Positions 20,288 through 30,138 are shown, counted from the stretch's first letter. The stretch: DNA of 64,000 bases from a virus (IMGVR_UViG_3300037067_013660:96001-160000); one strand, 5' to 3'. The notes: generated by a model from the letters alone, not told the origin. Numbers and translations are program-made.

Positions 20288-23200
20288 CTACGCGGCATTC
20301 AGGTCACGCGCATCCCAGAACCGTGTATTCACGCTGTAGAGCCCCAGGATGTTCTTGATGGGCAACCGCGTGTTGAAGTAGTAGCCGAAGTGGTAGGTGC
20401 GCTGGTCCAGTGGATCGGCGAACACGTATACGTCGCGGTTCGGGTTGATGGGCCGGATGGTCGGGGGATTCTGCTCCGAGCCGTAGGGCGCCACGATGCC
20501 GCTCGACGCCATGCCGCCGAGGATCAACACGAGGTTGCTCTGGATCAGCAGTACACCGGCCGCTGGGCTGGGCGGTACGAAACCGATGAGGTTGTTCAGC
20601 TCGGTGCGGATCTGTTTCAGGACGTAGTGCTCTTGCGTCCTGGCGCTGATCTCATTGAGCGCCACCTCGGTGGTATCGACCGTGCGGGACTCACCGTATT
20701 CATAAATGCTGGAGCCCAGCGTATTCATGTAGACGGTCGAGGCGGCGCCCAGGATCTTGGTTTCGCTCTCGGTAAAGAGCGTGATGGAATCGAACGACGC
20801 GACCTGTTGCTTCAGGATCGTGCTGGCGGGATCATTGAAGCTGGCGGTCAGGGCAGCGGCATGAGCCGCGAGGAACGAACCGTCCAGCGACAACGTAGTG
20901 GTTGAACCGTCCTCCATCTGTTGCGTACGGGTCAACGTATTGTTGGCCATCAGGATGACGTTGCCCTTGCCTTGGGAGTTCGGACCAAACTGCAGTGTTT
21001 TGCGCGCTAGGTACACGATGGTGCCGGGCGTAGTGTCGTCGCCGATGGCGGTGCCGGACGGTACTCCGACCCACAGGAGTCTCTGCTTACCCTCGAACGG
21101 GTCGCACATTTGTTCAACCGAGAGCTTCGCGTAACCCAAGGCGTTGAAGTACGACAGCACGATGATGTCGGAAATGTCGGACTTGGTTTCGGACGCGTCG
21201 ATGGCGTTCCGATAATCCGCGATGGTGTAGACCTCGTTGTCACCCGCAGACTTCACCTGAATGAAGTAGCCGCCGAAGAACGAAGTGTCGAACATGATCT
21301 CGGCCGCGAGCCACAGGTGGTTCGATGTGGCGGACGGGTAGAGCCCGAGGCGTGCGGAATCACGATCGAGGTAGCGGAGCGGTTGGTTGAACTCTGTGTC
21401 GGCACGTTTTCGGTTTGCCGTAACGAAATAGGACTCGCCGGCGTTGGGCTCGTAGCCTGCCCACTCGTAGTCCACCTGGATGTCGACGGCGGGATCCGTC
21501 GCGAAGTAAATGTAGGGCGTGTCCGTCACCCACGTGTAGCTAAGGGGCGTACCGGCGAGCGCCTGCTTAACTCGCAGGATAGACGTAGGGGTTTCGTTTA
21601 GGATGATGTAGTAGGTGAGGGGTACGCCAGTGATGGTACCGGGGCCATCGAACTGCACGTCGCCATCGTCGATGGTTTCGCTCGCGCGTCGTACCAGCGT
21701 CCAGTCCACGGTGTCGTCGCACGTCACCGAGAAACTGTGCTTGTCGTTTGCGGCATAACGGCTGTCGACGTTGCGCAGCATGAGGCGCAGGTTGTCCGGC
21801 AGGTCCACGTAGGGATCCAGATACGATCCACCCGTTGCCGTCGCGGTCAAGACGCCCCAGCTACCTTCGTAGTTGTTGGCGTTGTAGGTAAGCTGGACCG
21901 ATACGCCAGCATTTACGGTGTTGATGGTGACGAGGTAGTTGCGGTCGTCCTTCGCGGTGTACTCACGGCGGTCGGCCCGCGCGTTGATGGTCCAGTAGTC
22001 GCCGTCAATAAACCCGGAGGCCACGCGGTGCTTGTTGTACTGCACGATGGCGTCGTTGAGCCACGCCAGGATGTCGCCCAGCGATGACGTTGTCGTCACC
22101 GTATAGGTAAAGTCGTGGGTGGTGTCGGCGACGAGGTGCTGTGTGGTGTCGGCCCAGTGAGCCAACAGCTTGGTTTGGGCATCAAGCGCCCAGGTACGAA
22201 GCGTTTCGAGATCGATGGGGGCCGCGACGGCAAATGGATGCGATCCAGCACCACCAGTGTGCCAACCGCCACCTCCGTTGTTGTCGTGCAGGTTGTACTT
22301 CGTCATGAACGTCGAGGCCAACGACAGCGCACTGGCCAGGGACGTGGCGGTACCGGTCAACGTGTTGGTGGTGTCGGCAACCGCATGGTCGGCCCCGAAC
22401 GCGAAGTTCAGGTAGATTTTCTTTTCCAGCAGGACGTTCGTCAGGGACGTGGCCGTCGCTTCCGTCAGCGTGAAGGAACCCTCGCTGAACGGCAACTCGT
22501 TGTGGGCGGCCCATTGAATATCGACCGTGCGGGTGGGACCAACGCCCGCCGCGTTGGTCGCGACCAACGTGTACTGCCGATCAAACTCGTCGTTGTAATC
22601 GGTTTCACTACTGATCGTGATGGCGCTGCCGGACGAAAACACGTTGGCGGGCGTGACGCTGTTGTAGGCGCCGGCAACCGGATCCTCGACGTCGGAGAAC
22701 TGGTTGGTGTTCTGGTGCGCCGACGAAAATTCCATCAGGCCAGGACCAGACGCCGTCCAAGTAAACACGTCACCGTTGTCAAAATTGGCAACGCCGTTCC
22801 AAGCAATGTCTAGTACGATGCCGTCGTCTGGCCACCAAGTAGGAAGTTTGTACCCTACCTTGTAGAAGGTGTTGTCGTCCAGCGCGATGTTGGTGTCGTT
22901 GACTCCCTGTTGAATTGCCAAAACAGGTGCGTCGGCAGTACTGAAGAACGGCAGGTTAGTGGTTTGACTATTCCCGCCCGACGTAGCCGTAACCTCGACC
23001 TTGAATTCAATCGTGCGGTTGGGATCAGCACTACCGGCATTTTGCGCCGTCAGTGTGTAGGTACGATTGTAAGGGAACACGTAATCTGTGGTGACGTTGA
23101 ATGTCAACGCGGCAGGACTTGCACCAGCGGGTGTTTCTGTGATGGCACTGACGGCACCGTCTGTGTAGGTGTTGGTCGTGGCCGCGACCAGCGCGTCGGT

Positions 23201-23752
23201 ATCGGTCGAGTCGCCCGTCAACGTGGTGTTGATGCGGTAGTCCTCGAACTCGGTGTAGCGCGACACCCCAGAGGAGTCGCCGACGTACAGGACGCTACGG
23301 AGGTCGTCGAACTGAAGCTCGTCCAGCACGTCGTCATCAACCGACTGGTATTCGATCAGGTAGGAGGCGTTTTTGTCGAACGCCGTGTCGATGATGACGA
23401 CGCGGTCGTATTCACCCGAGCCCGTAGTAGTCTCGTAGAACGCCCACTTGTCGATCGTGACTTCGTCCCCGGTGCTTTTGTACAGACGGGCCAAACCTTG
23501 ATCGTTGGACGCGTTGTGGTCCAGGGACGCGAAGTACGGCGGCGCCGGCGAGAAACTCAGGGTTTCGGCGTAGACGTAAGCACGGATGTGCCGACTGTCC
23601 TGTTCTCGCGCCAGACGACTGCCACGGCCAATGGCACACGGAAATCGAGGCGTTCCCGTCAAAGACGAAGGTCTGGGTTGATGTACACGCCCAATATACG
23701 TGCCGGGGCGGATATAACGATTTGTAGTCAAACGGATGTCGCCGACTGCCAT
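20288..23752 (-). CDS. Contractile tail sheath protein with large inserted domains
   Basis: N-terminal YIRPGTYI; C-terminal LDGSFLAAHAAAL...T...EIS...YYFNTRLPIKNI sheath core; 1154 aa. Confidence 0.88.
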   Translation of the reverse strand: MAVGDIRLTTNRYIRPGTYIGRVHQPRPSSLTGTPRFPCAIGRGSRLAREQDSRHIRAYVYAETLSFSPAPPYFASLDHNASNDQGLARLYKSTGDEVTIDKWAFYETTTGSGEYDRVVIIDTAFDKNASYLIEYQSVDDDVLDELQFDDLRSVLYVGDSSGVSRYTEFEDYRINTTLTGDSTDTDALVAATTNTYTDGAVSAITETPAGASPAALTFNVTTDYVFPYNRTYTLTAQNAGSADPNRTIEFKVEVTATSGGNSQTTNLPFFSTADAPVLAIQQGVNDTNIALDDNTFYKVGYKLPTWWPDDGIVLDIAWNGVANFDNGDVFTWTASGPGLMEFSSAHQNTNQFSDVEDPVAGAYNSVTPANVFSSGSAITISSETDYNDEFDRQYTLVATNAAGVGPTRTVDIQWAAHNELPFSEGSFTLTEATATSLTNVLLEKKIYLNFAFGADHAVADTTNTLTGTATSLASALSLASTFMTKYNLHDNNGGGGWHTGGAGSHPFAVAAPIDLETLRTWALDAQTKLLAHWADTTQHLVADTTHDFTYTVTTTSSLGDILAWLNDAIVQYNKHRVASGFIDGDYWTINARADRREYTAKDDRNYLVTINTVNAGVSVQLTYNANNYEGSWGVLTATATGGSYLDPYVDLPDNLRLMLRNVDSRYAANDKHSFSVTCDDTVDWTLVRRASETIDDGDVQFDGPGTITGVPLTYYIILNETPTSILRVKQALAGTPLSYTWVTDTPYIYFATDPAVDIQVDYEWAGYEPNAGESYFVTANRKRADTEFNQPLRYLDRDSARLGLYPSATSNHLWLAAEIMFDTSFFGGYFIQVKSAGDNEVYTIADYRNAIDASETKSDISDIIVLSYFNALGYAKLSVEQMCDPFEGKQRLLWVGVPSGTAIGDDTTPGTIVYLARKTLQFGPNSQGKGNVILMANNTLTRTQQMEDGSTTTLSLDGSFLAAHAAALTASFNDPASTILKQQVASFDSITLFTESETKILGAASTVYMNTLGSSIYEYGESRTVDTTEVALNEISARTQEHYVLKQIRTELNNLIGFVPPSPAAGVLLIQSNLVLILGGMASSGIVAPYGSEQNPPTIRPINPNRDVYVFADPLDQRTYHFGYYFNTRLPIKNILGLYSVNTRFWDARDLNAA

Positions 23753-23826
23753 TGGTTTCTCCTATTGCGGCAAAACCATCGTCGTGAAACACCACGATGG
23801 TTCAGAAAAATGAAACAACTTCTTAC

Positions 23827-23837
23827 TAAAGATTAAC
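23827..23837 (-). promoter_or_regulatory. Putative late promoter
   Basis: GTTAATCTTTA upstream of the sheath gene. Confidence 0.7.
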
Positions 23838-23838
23838 G

Positions 23839-24834
23839 CTATCGGGCCACGACCGTGACGTCATGGGAGGCCAGAACTTCGGGACCGTCTTGTTGTGATC
23901 CGAACAGGCGCGTTACCATCAACTTGAAGGTGCCGACACGACGCGGTTCAATGATCCACTGGTATCCACGTTGGCTCACGACCGCGATGCGGGGATCGTT
24001 GCTGTAGACCTGCACGGGTTTCGGTTGATTCAACAGCGTGATGCGGTGCGGTTGCCCGACGCGCAACGTATCGGGTACCGATAACCTGATGGTGCCGCGT
24101 AACGGTACGGCCCTGGGATCTGATCGGTACTGCAACAAGATGGAGTTCTCGAACTCCACCTCCATGGTGCAGGACACGGACCAGAACTGATTACGTGGAT
24201 CGCCGTGGACGGCCGAGTGCGACTTGGCCCCCATGGTGTGGCTCAGGGGAATTCGTACCTCCCACAAAGAGCCCTCGACGTCTGGGGCCTGGCGCAAAAT
24301 GTAGTTGATGGTGAAGCAGCATAGTTGGCCAAACGCCGTCGACAAAACAGCCTGTAGGTCCTCGACCTCAACGACCGACATCGCGACGCACGTGATGTCG
24401 ATCGGGATCTTTACGACGTCCATGACGCGGACAACCTGGTGACCTGCCGAGGTATTGAGGTTCCACCCGGCGTTCAGGCTCCCGAGGGAGTTCGTGACGT
24501 ATTGGTAACCGTTGTCCTGAATGAATATCTGGGGCGGCCGTTCCTGCATGTTGTCGTAGAACGTAGCGATCTGCAGGTGGCGGTCGTCCGCGTCCTGACC
24601 TAGTTTCTGATTAATGTGGTAGCCGACCGTGTAGGTCGCGACCTTGTCGAAAAATTCACGGAACTGACCGTTTGGCTTCAGACATTCTTCTAAGTACTGC
24701 TTGATCGCCAGTTTCGTGATGCGCAGGTATTGCGTGACGTCGGAGCGAAACAATCCCGTCAGGGCGCTGCGGTCAAGCGGCGCCATCGCGATGAACTGCG
24801 GTCCTGGTCGTTCCGTCGGTACGTTATCGCTCAT
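23839..24834 (-). CDS. Tail completion/terminator-like protein with C-terminal Ig-like domain
   Basis: Upstream of the sheath; C-terminal 'YSNDPRIAVV...RRVGT' Ig-like motif. Confidence 0.6.
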   Translation of the reverse strand: MSDNVPTERPGPQFIAMAPLDRSALTGLFRSDVTQYLRITKLAIKQYLEECLKPNGQFREFFDKVATYTVGYHINQKLGQDADDRHLQIATFYDNMQERPPQIFIQDNGYQYVTNSLGSLNAGWNLNTSAGHQVVRVMDVVKIPIDITCVAMSVVEVEDLQAVLSTAFGQLCCFTINYILRQAPDVEGSLWEVRIPLSHTMGAKSHSAVHGDPRNQFWSVSCTMEVEFENSILLQYRSDPRAVPLRGTIRLSVPDTLRVGQPHRITLLNQPKPVQVYSNDPRIAVVSQRGYQWIIEPRRVGTFKLMVTRLFGSQQDGPEVLASHDVTVVAR

Positions 24835-25577
24835 ACGGTTGGCTTCGAATAATCGACAGCAGTTAGGCCGTGGCTACAAAGGATTTCGTAGACCCCGAGG
24901 TACAGTTTGCCGTGACGTGGGTGTTGGAACAAAGTGCCGTGTACTGCGTCGTCCAGCAAGACTCGTAGGCGAGCCGCGACCGATGATTTAGACGGGTGCA
25001 TAAAGAAATAGGCCGATGACGTGAATTCATTTTCGATCCACGCGAGGTAGTCGTCGGATACCCGTCCTTTGAGCCAGTACTCCAACGCGATGGTGATGCC
25101 GTAGGCGTCGTACTCTTGCTCGGCGCGGAAACGACCAAACGGTACGGGCGAACTCAGGACAGCCCCGACGCCCACACCGATCAAGCTGATCCACCAAGGC
25201 GCGACGAATAACCAGAGCGGCAACGCCATCAACATCAACAGCAGTGCCGCGACAAAATAAACGGGCGTGCCCAGCAGGTACAGAGGACCAAACAATAAAC
25301 GCCACCGTTTTGCTTGGCGGGCGTGTTGCGCTTCGTGCAGGATGATGCCGTATTCGGTCGCGGGATCCACGGTACTGGTGGGATACGCGGTCGTCTGCCC
25401 GATGGTGGTCCAGTAGGCTTCGAGGTAGCGTTTGTTGATCGCCCACCCGAACGCCCACGGAACCCGCAGGGCCCAACCGATGAATCGGTGGAGTCGTGAA
25501 TCGGACTTACAGATGATGCGGAATTTGGGTACGTGCGTTTGGATTAAACGCAGAACCTCGACGTAGACGCTGTCCAC
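24831..25577 (-). CDS. Membrane-anchored HExxH metallopeptidase-like protein
   Basis: WTTIG...ILHEAQHARQ, two hydrophobic helices, EQEYDAY. Confidence 0.65.
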   Translation of the reverse strand: MDSVYVEVLRLIQTHVPKFRIICKSDSRLHRFIGWALRVPWAFGWAINKRYLEAYWTTIGQTTAYPTSTVDPATEYGIILHEAQHARQAKRWRLLFGPLYLLGTPVYFVAALLLMLMALPLWLFVAPWWISLIGVGVGAVLSSPVPFGRFRAEQEYDAYGITIALEYWLKGRVSDDYLAWIENEFTSSAYFFMHPSKSSVAARLRVLLDDAVHGTLFQHPRHGKLYLGVYEILCSHGLTAVDYSKPTV

Positions 25578-25600
25578 CGTAACTCCAGTAGTTGTTCTAC

Positions 25601-25611
25601 TAGAGATTAAC
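25601..25611 (-). promoter_or_regulatory. Putative late promoter (variant)
   Basis: GTTAATCTCTA upstream of 25577. Confidence 0.6.
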
Positions 25612-25623
25612 GATGTATCGAGG

Positions 25624-25818
25624 TTACGGAAGGAAGAGGGCGCGCAGGATGGCGAAAAGCAACATGCCCAGCCCGATGCCGAACATCACGCCACTGACGA
25701 ATGCTTGGCGTTCTGTTGCATCTCGGTAGCGGTACAACAAATCAGACGCGTCGCGCCCCAACACAGAGCAACGACGTTCTAGGGCGTCGAATAGGTGTCG
25801 TGCGGTTACGCGGCCCAT
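25624..25818 (-). CDS. Small membrane protein
   Basis: C-terminal hydrophobic helix. Confidence 0.45.
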   Translation of the reverse strand: MGRVTARHLFDALERRCSVLGRDASDLLYRYRDATERQAFVSGVMFGIGLGMLLFAILRALFLP

Positions 25819-26435
25819 AGTTTTGTTAGGGCCGGAGCCTTGACGCCAATGGTTTTGATGACGAGGTCGTGAAACGTTTGGGTCTGGTCTGCGGTCCACA
25901 CGTTCGTCACGTACTGAAGGCGCGCGTAGCCCAGCGCGATGAACGCGACGTCGATCAGCAGACGTTTTCCTATGCGCTTGCGTCGGTCTCGATCCTCCCA
26001 AGTTTTAATAACGTCTAATTCGGGACGTGGTGGCAGACCGCACAGATGGCACATCATGTCGAACCCCATGGTGCCGGTCGGGTTTGTCATCTCGCGTAAC
26101 TCTTGTGCGACGTCCACGTGCCCGATGACGTCGTCGATCTTGATCAGGTTGGGGACCGGTACGTTCGCGATCAACGCGTTGCTCATGACGACCGGCATGC
26201 CGAAGTGCTTGCCCGCGAACGACGTGACGACGTGGGCGTTCGCGACCGACGCGTCCAACCGAGCCAACACGTCGGCGGGATTTTCTCGTAGGCAGACCCA
26301 CGCTTTCATCTTGGGTGGATCCCGTTTCATTACCTCCAGACCCGCCGCCCCGATGAGTTGGTGATGGGGCGGCGGGGGAAAGGATCCTTGTTGGTTGTAC
26401 GTTGCGACGTGCCAGAATAGGTGGTGTTGCATCAT
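25806..26435 (-). CDS. PolB-related 3'-5' exonuclease-fold protein, apparently inactive
   Basis: FPPPPHHQLI, VVTSFAGKHFGMPVV, HVDV, LCGLP and IDV align with the stand-alone PolB-exo family, but key Asp/Glu residues are missing. Confidence 0.55.
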   Translation of the reverse strand: MMQHHLFWHVATYNQQGSFPPPPHHQLIGAAGLEVMKRDPPKMKAWVCLRENPADVLARLDASVANAHVVTSFAGKHFGMPVVMSNALIANVPVPNLIKIDDVIGHVDVAQELREMTNPTGTMGFDMMCHLCGLPPRPELDVIKTWEDRDRRKRIGKRLLIDVAFIALGYARLQYVTNVWTADQTQTFHDLVIKTIGVKAPALTKLWAA

Positions 26436-26440
26436 GGTGA

Positions 26441-27655
26441 TTACTGCAGTACGGTCGCTAGATTTTCCCGTAGTTCGTTGCGACCAATTCCGACAAACGT
26501 ACGGGCCGCGCACACCAAGGTTTTGACCGGCAGTTCGTCGCTGTGGTGGCCTGTTGTTTCGACGCAGTGGGCGTCGAACAGCGGCTCCCAGTCACCGTTT
26601 AGTGTTTCGATGAACTGCTTGATCTTGGGGTCGATGACGTTGTGGTGGCGGTCGAATTGAATCTCCGGCAAGACCGAGGGCGACGGAATGACGTCGTGGA
26701 GCGTCAGGCCCGTCTCGGGATTCGGCACGTCGAACGAACGGGTGCGCGGGATCCAATCGCCCACGGTCTCGGGCGTCAGGTCCATGATGATGGTGCGGGT
26801 CTTCAGGACGCCCCTGCGACAATCCCGCAACGCCTGTTCGGCCTCTTGCTGCGTCGGGTAGAAGCGGTAGACGTTGGAGTAGCGGACGCGGTCGACAAAA
26901 TACGTCAGGACTTTGGTACCGCGCCGGTGGTGGCGGTCTTCCGGCAGCACGAAGGCTTTCTCGACTTTTTCCTGCCGGACGTTCAGGTACCACACGGTCT
27001 TGTGCTTTTCCCTGGTCTCCAGGCTGAGCAGCGGATTGCGGGATTCGTGGCCGTGGTGTTTCGCCAGGTTGGCGGCGTAGTTTTTCAAACCCCGCGCCAC
27101 CAACGCCGCCATCGTGTTGGCGTTGTAGTCGAATATTTCGTAGTGTCGGATGATGCGAACAGCTTGACACGCCAACTCGGCCTCGACGTCGTCAGCGTCA
27201 ACGCCGTGGTCGTTGGCCCAGAAAAAGTACAGACGTTTGCGCGTGAGGAAACGGTTGTAGCGCGTAACCGCGTCGATGACCTCGATGATGGCGCGGTCGC
27301 ACAGGCGCCTGGGTTTAGGGCGGCGCTGCAACTCGTCGCGGTCGTGGGCGTCAAGGCAATGGAAACACGCCTTGAGCCCATCGGGATCAAGGCCCAGGCG
27401 TGCCGCGATCTTCTGGTACCGGGGATTCGGCTGGTGTGCGATCCACCAGAGTCCTCGGTACAGTTGATTCTTGTGGACGCTACAGTCTATCCACTCGCGC
27501 ACGGTGCGAAAAGCATCGCGCTGGCCAAAGGGTAACGACATACTCAAATGATTAATTTCGTGATATTGCGTGAACCGGCAGACGTAGCGAACGAAGTGGG
27601 GCAAAAGCGTGGCGGACGCAGCAGGTAAATGCTGCGCAATTTTTGCACACAACAC
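26441..27655 (-). CDS. Sigma-factor-like protein (alternative start 27541)
   Basis: DADDVEAEL...ARGLKNYAANL resembles region 2; SFDVPNPETGLTLHDVIP resembles region 3. Confidence 0.5.
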   Translation of the reverse strand: MLCAKIAQHLPAASATLLPHFVRYVCRFTQYHEINHLSMSLPFGQRDAFRTVREWIDCSVHKNQLYRGLWWIAHQPNPRYQKIAARLGLDPDGLKACFHCLDAHDRDELQRRPKPRRLCDRAIIEVIDAVTRYNRFLTRKRLYFFWANDHGVDADDVEAELACQAVRIIRHYEIFDYNANTMAALVARGLKNYAANLAKHHGHESRNPLLSLETREKHKTVWYLNVRQEKVEKAFVLPEDRHHRRGTKVLTYFVDRVRYSNVYRFYPTQQEAEQALRDCRRGVLKTRTIIMDLTPETVGDWIPRTRSFDVPNPETGLTLHDVIPSPSVLPEIQFDRHHNVIDPKIKQFIETLNGDWEPLFDAHCVETTGHHSDELPVKTLVCAARTFVGIGRNELRENLATVLQ

Positions 27656-27902
27656 GTGGCAGCCTCCAGGTTTTGGTTTTCCCGTCTAAGTTGAACCGTT
27701 CGGCTACGTTACGCCAGGTCGCGTTTCGTGTCAACTACTTTGTTCGGGGCATTGCCTAATGATTCCGCTACGTTGTTGCTTGGGGCCAAACTTTTTGCAT
27801 AGGACGGATCCCGCTGGATCGCTTGGGGTGGGGCTGGGGACGCCATGGGACTAGATCCAATCCGATCCTATTCGATTTATTGGCTTGGCGTTGGTTCCCG
27901 TG

Positions 27903-28167
27903 GGCTTTGCCCCAAATTGCCTTCTTGCCCCATAATTCCCTCGCTTGCCCAAGAATTGAACCAACCCGATTCTAACAGCGATGTACTCCACGACGACGCT
28001 ACAACTTTCAATTATTTATTTCGAACCCATTGCCCTCCTCAGAACAGAGCCTATGCTTGCGGCCATATCGTGCTCCAAGATCCACGATAGAGACCATGGC
28101 TGGCCCCCACATTGGCTTTGCCCCAAAATGCCTTTCTGCCCCATAATTTCATCGTCTGCCTCAAAAT
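27903..28167. repeat. Imperfect direct repeat, each copy with three TGCCCC-N-AAT(T) units
   Basis: Units at 27908/27926/27946 and 28119/28137/28157 with identical spacing. Confidence 0.75.
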
Positions 28168-28508
28168 AACCGCAAGCCGCCGAAATCACACTGACCGTTA
28201 CCAAGGTACTTGTGGCGCCATCATTCGCGCAAGCTCCAGGACATAGTGACTGAGGGTCTTGGCGTACGATACCCGTGTGCAATCTGGAAGAGCCCTAAAG
28301 CAACGCTGGGTTGGGAGAGGAGATCTCATCCTATTGTCAATACAACTGCATTCTCGATAGGTTCCGACACACCATTACGCAGTATCGTGATGTAATGTCT
28401 TGGTTAAATACCGACACATACGTTTTGTGCCAACGCAACGCAGAGTAACGATTTATCATTGACTAACCCGTAGCATGCCAGTACATTCGTGTCTGGAGGT
28501 CACGAGTA

Positions 28509-28864
28509 TGCCGAACGAGACGATCCAGGCCATCGACGCGAAGATCAAAAAATACGAAAAGGAACTCGCGACACTCAGACAAGCCCGCGAGATATTCCTG
28601 CGGGACGTAGAAGGTAATGGTGGATCAGCATTACCCGACGCAGTACAGACCCTACACTGGCCCGACGTCGCGATGGACATCATCCAAGGCTATGGCGGAG
28701 CCCAGTTCAAAAAGAGTCAACTGGTAGAAGATCTGATCGCACGAGGAACGTCCACAGATCCCCGCAACGTCGCGACGTGGCTTTCGCGCAACGCAAAAGG
28801 CGATAAGCCCAAATTCAAGCTACAGGGTCGCCACTGGATCCTGATACAAAAAATGAGTGCGTGA
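28509..28864 (+). CDS. Small coiled-coil plus winged-helix-like protein
   Basis: SD GGAGG; promoter TTGACT-N17-TACATT at about 28459-28487. Confidence 0.65.
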
Positions 28865-28874
28865 TGATGAATTA

Positions 28875-28945
28875 AACAAAAAACCCAGCAAGGTGACGCT
28901 TGCTGGGTTTGCCGAAGTCGGCACCGGCTAGAACCTCGAAATACA
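28875..28945 (-). ncRNA. Candidate antisense sRNA (type I antitoxin-like)
   Basis: Minus-strand promoter TTGACT(28979-28974)-N17-TAGAAT(28956-28951) and a 12-bp terminator stem at 28881-28910 with a U-tract on the minus strand. Confidence 0.65.
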
Positions 28946-29043
28946 TCAAGATTCTAGCCGCTCCGCTACAAGAAGTCAAGGGTTATTTTGTGGTTGGCGT
29001 GCCGACCTAACTACAAGAAATCCTTGGGAAAGGGGAGAGAACC

Positions 29044-29136
29044 ATGTTTTCGTTGACGATTACATGGCCTAGACGATGGTGTCTACGCTGCGAGATTTCG
29101 CGTGACGGCTTAAGTCTAGACATTACGAAACGTTAG
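29044..29136 (+). CDS. 30-aa peptide MFSLTITWPRRWCLRCEISRDGLSLDITKR, candidate type I toxin
   Basis: Strong SD AAGGGGAG, structured leader, downstream hairpin at 29141-29169. Confidence 0.55.
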   Translation: MFSLTITWPRRWCLRCEISRDGLSLDITKR

Positions 29137-29451
29137 CCTCTGCTCGGGGAGTCCTGTACTCCCCGAGCATCGAGTGCGCTTCAGCTACCTAAGCTGCCGA
29201 TCTCTTGCCTAGCGATCCGCCTGGGTGATGGTCGTCCAGCAGCTCGCCCAAGGAACCCAGGCACAAGATCCAGTAGTTTACTCAACCAGCCGCAACGTAG
29301 GACACGGCACGTCTTTCACCACCACGGGTGCAGCATCGGCGGCAGTGGGATCGTCCTCCAGATCGGGCAAGTAGCCGCAGTGCGGACAAGCGCCAGCACG
29401 GAAATAGACGATGAGCCTGACGGCGATGGTACTTAGCTTGCCGTTTGGGCA

Positions 29452-29994
29452 TCAACGGTACTTCGGCCAGTTTTCCGTTTCGCGTGGGTGGCGCGCTCGC
29501 ATTGGGTAGCGTTCAGGGTGCTGTAAATGACGTGCACAAAGGTCTGCATCTAAGGCAGGCCAGTAGAAGCCACCATCACCGATGAGTTGGACGTCTCGGA
29601 TCTCGTCGTCGGTGCCGTAGCGAAAAATTGGGTACGTGGTAAAATCGATCCAGTAGAGTTCTGTGTCGTAGTACAGCCAAAGACCCTTTGCCATAACCGC
29701 GTAAACAAACAAACGCGATCTATTGGCTGTTCTGTGGGCAGCAAAAAATGTACGCCAGGCGTCCATGATGACGTCATAGTGTTGCTCTACATAACGTTTT
29801 GACTTCCTGATGTCTGCGGCTTTTACGGCGGATTCTTTATGTTTTAGAGATACAGCACCAGCCTTAACTTTACCAAGCCACCACATAACAGTGCCACTAG
29901 GAGTGTCGACGTGTACGTGGGCTACGCTTCCTTCTGTACTATTAAAATAAAAACGAAAGCCGCCGACATTGATGGTAGTGATGGTGGGTGACAT
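29452..29994 (-). CDS. DUF4160-DUF2442 fusion (toxin-antitoxin-pair domains in one ORF)
   Basis: N-half MSPTI..VGGFRFYFNSTE..AHVHV...IMDAWRTFF; C-half YPIFRYGTDDEIRDV...GFYWPALDADL. Confidence 0.75.
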   Translation of the reverse strand: MSPTITTINVGGFRFYFNSTEGSVAHVHVDTPSGTVMWWLGKVKAGAVSLKHKESAVKAADIRKSKRYVEQHYDVIMDAWRTFFAAHRTANRSRLFVYAVMAKGLWLYYDTELYWIDFTTYPIFRYGTDDEIRDVQLIGDGGFYWPALDADLCARHLQHPERYPMRARHPRETENWPKYR

Positions 29995-30088
29995 TAATAG
30001 TACCTCTTCATTTCGTTAGCCTACTACGAAGCGCAGGGTCTGTCAATACCTATTATTCCTTACCCACTAGGTAGGATATGATTGGGCT

Positions 30089-30117
30089 TGACACCCCAGT
30101 CAGCGCCCGCTAGGATG
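30089..30117 (+). promoter_or_regulatory. Sigma70-type promoter of the tRNA array
   Basis: TTGACA-N17-TAGGAT. Confidence 0.75.
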
Positions 30118-30138
30118 CAGGCGACAAGGAAACGACCG

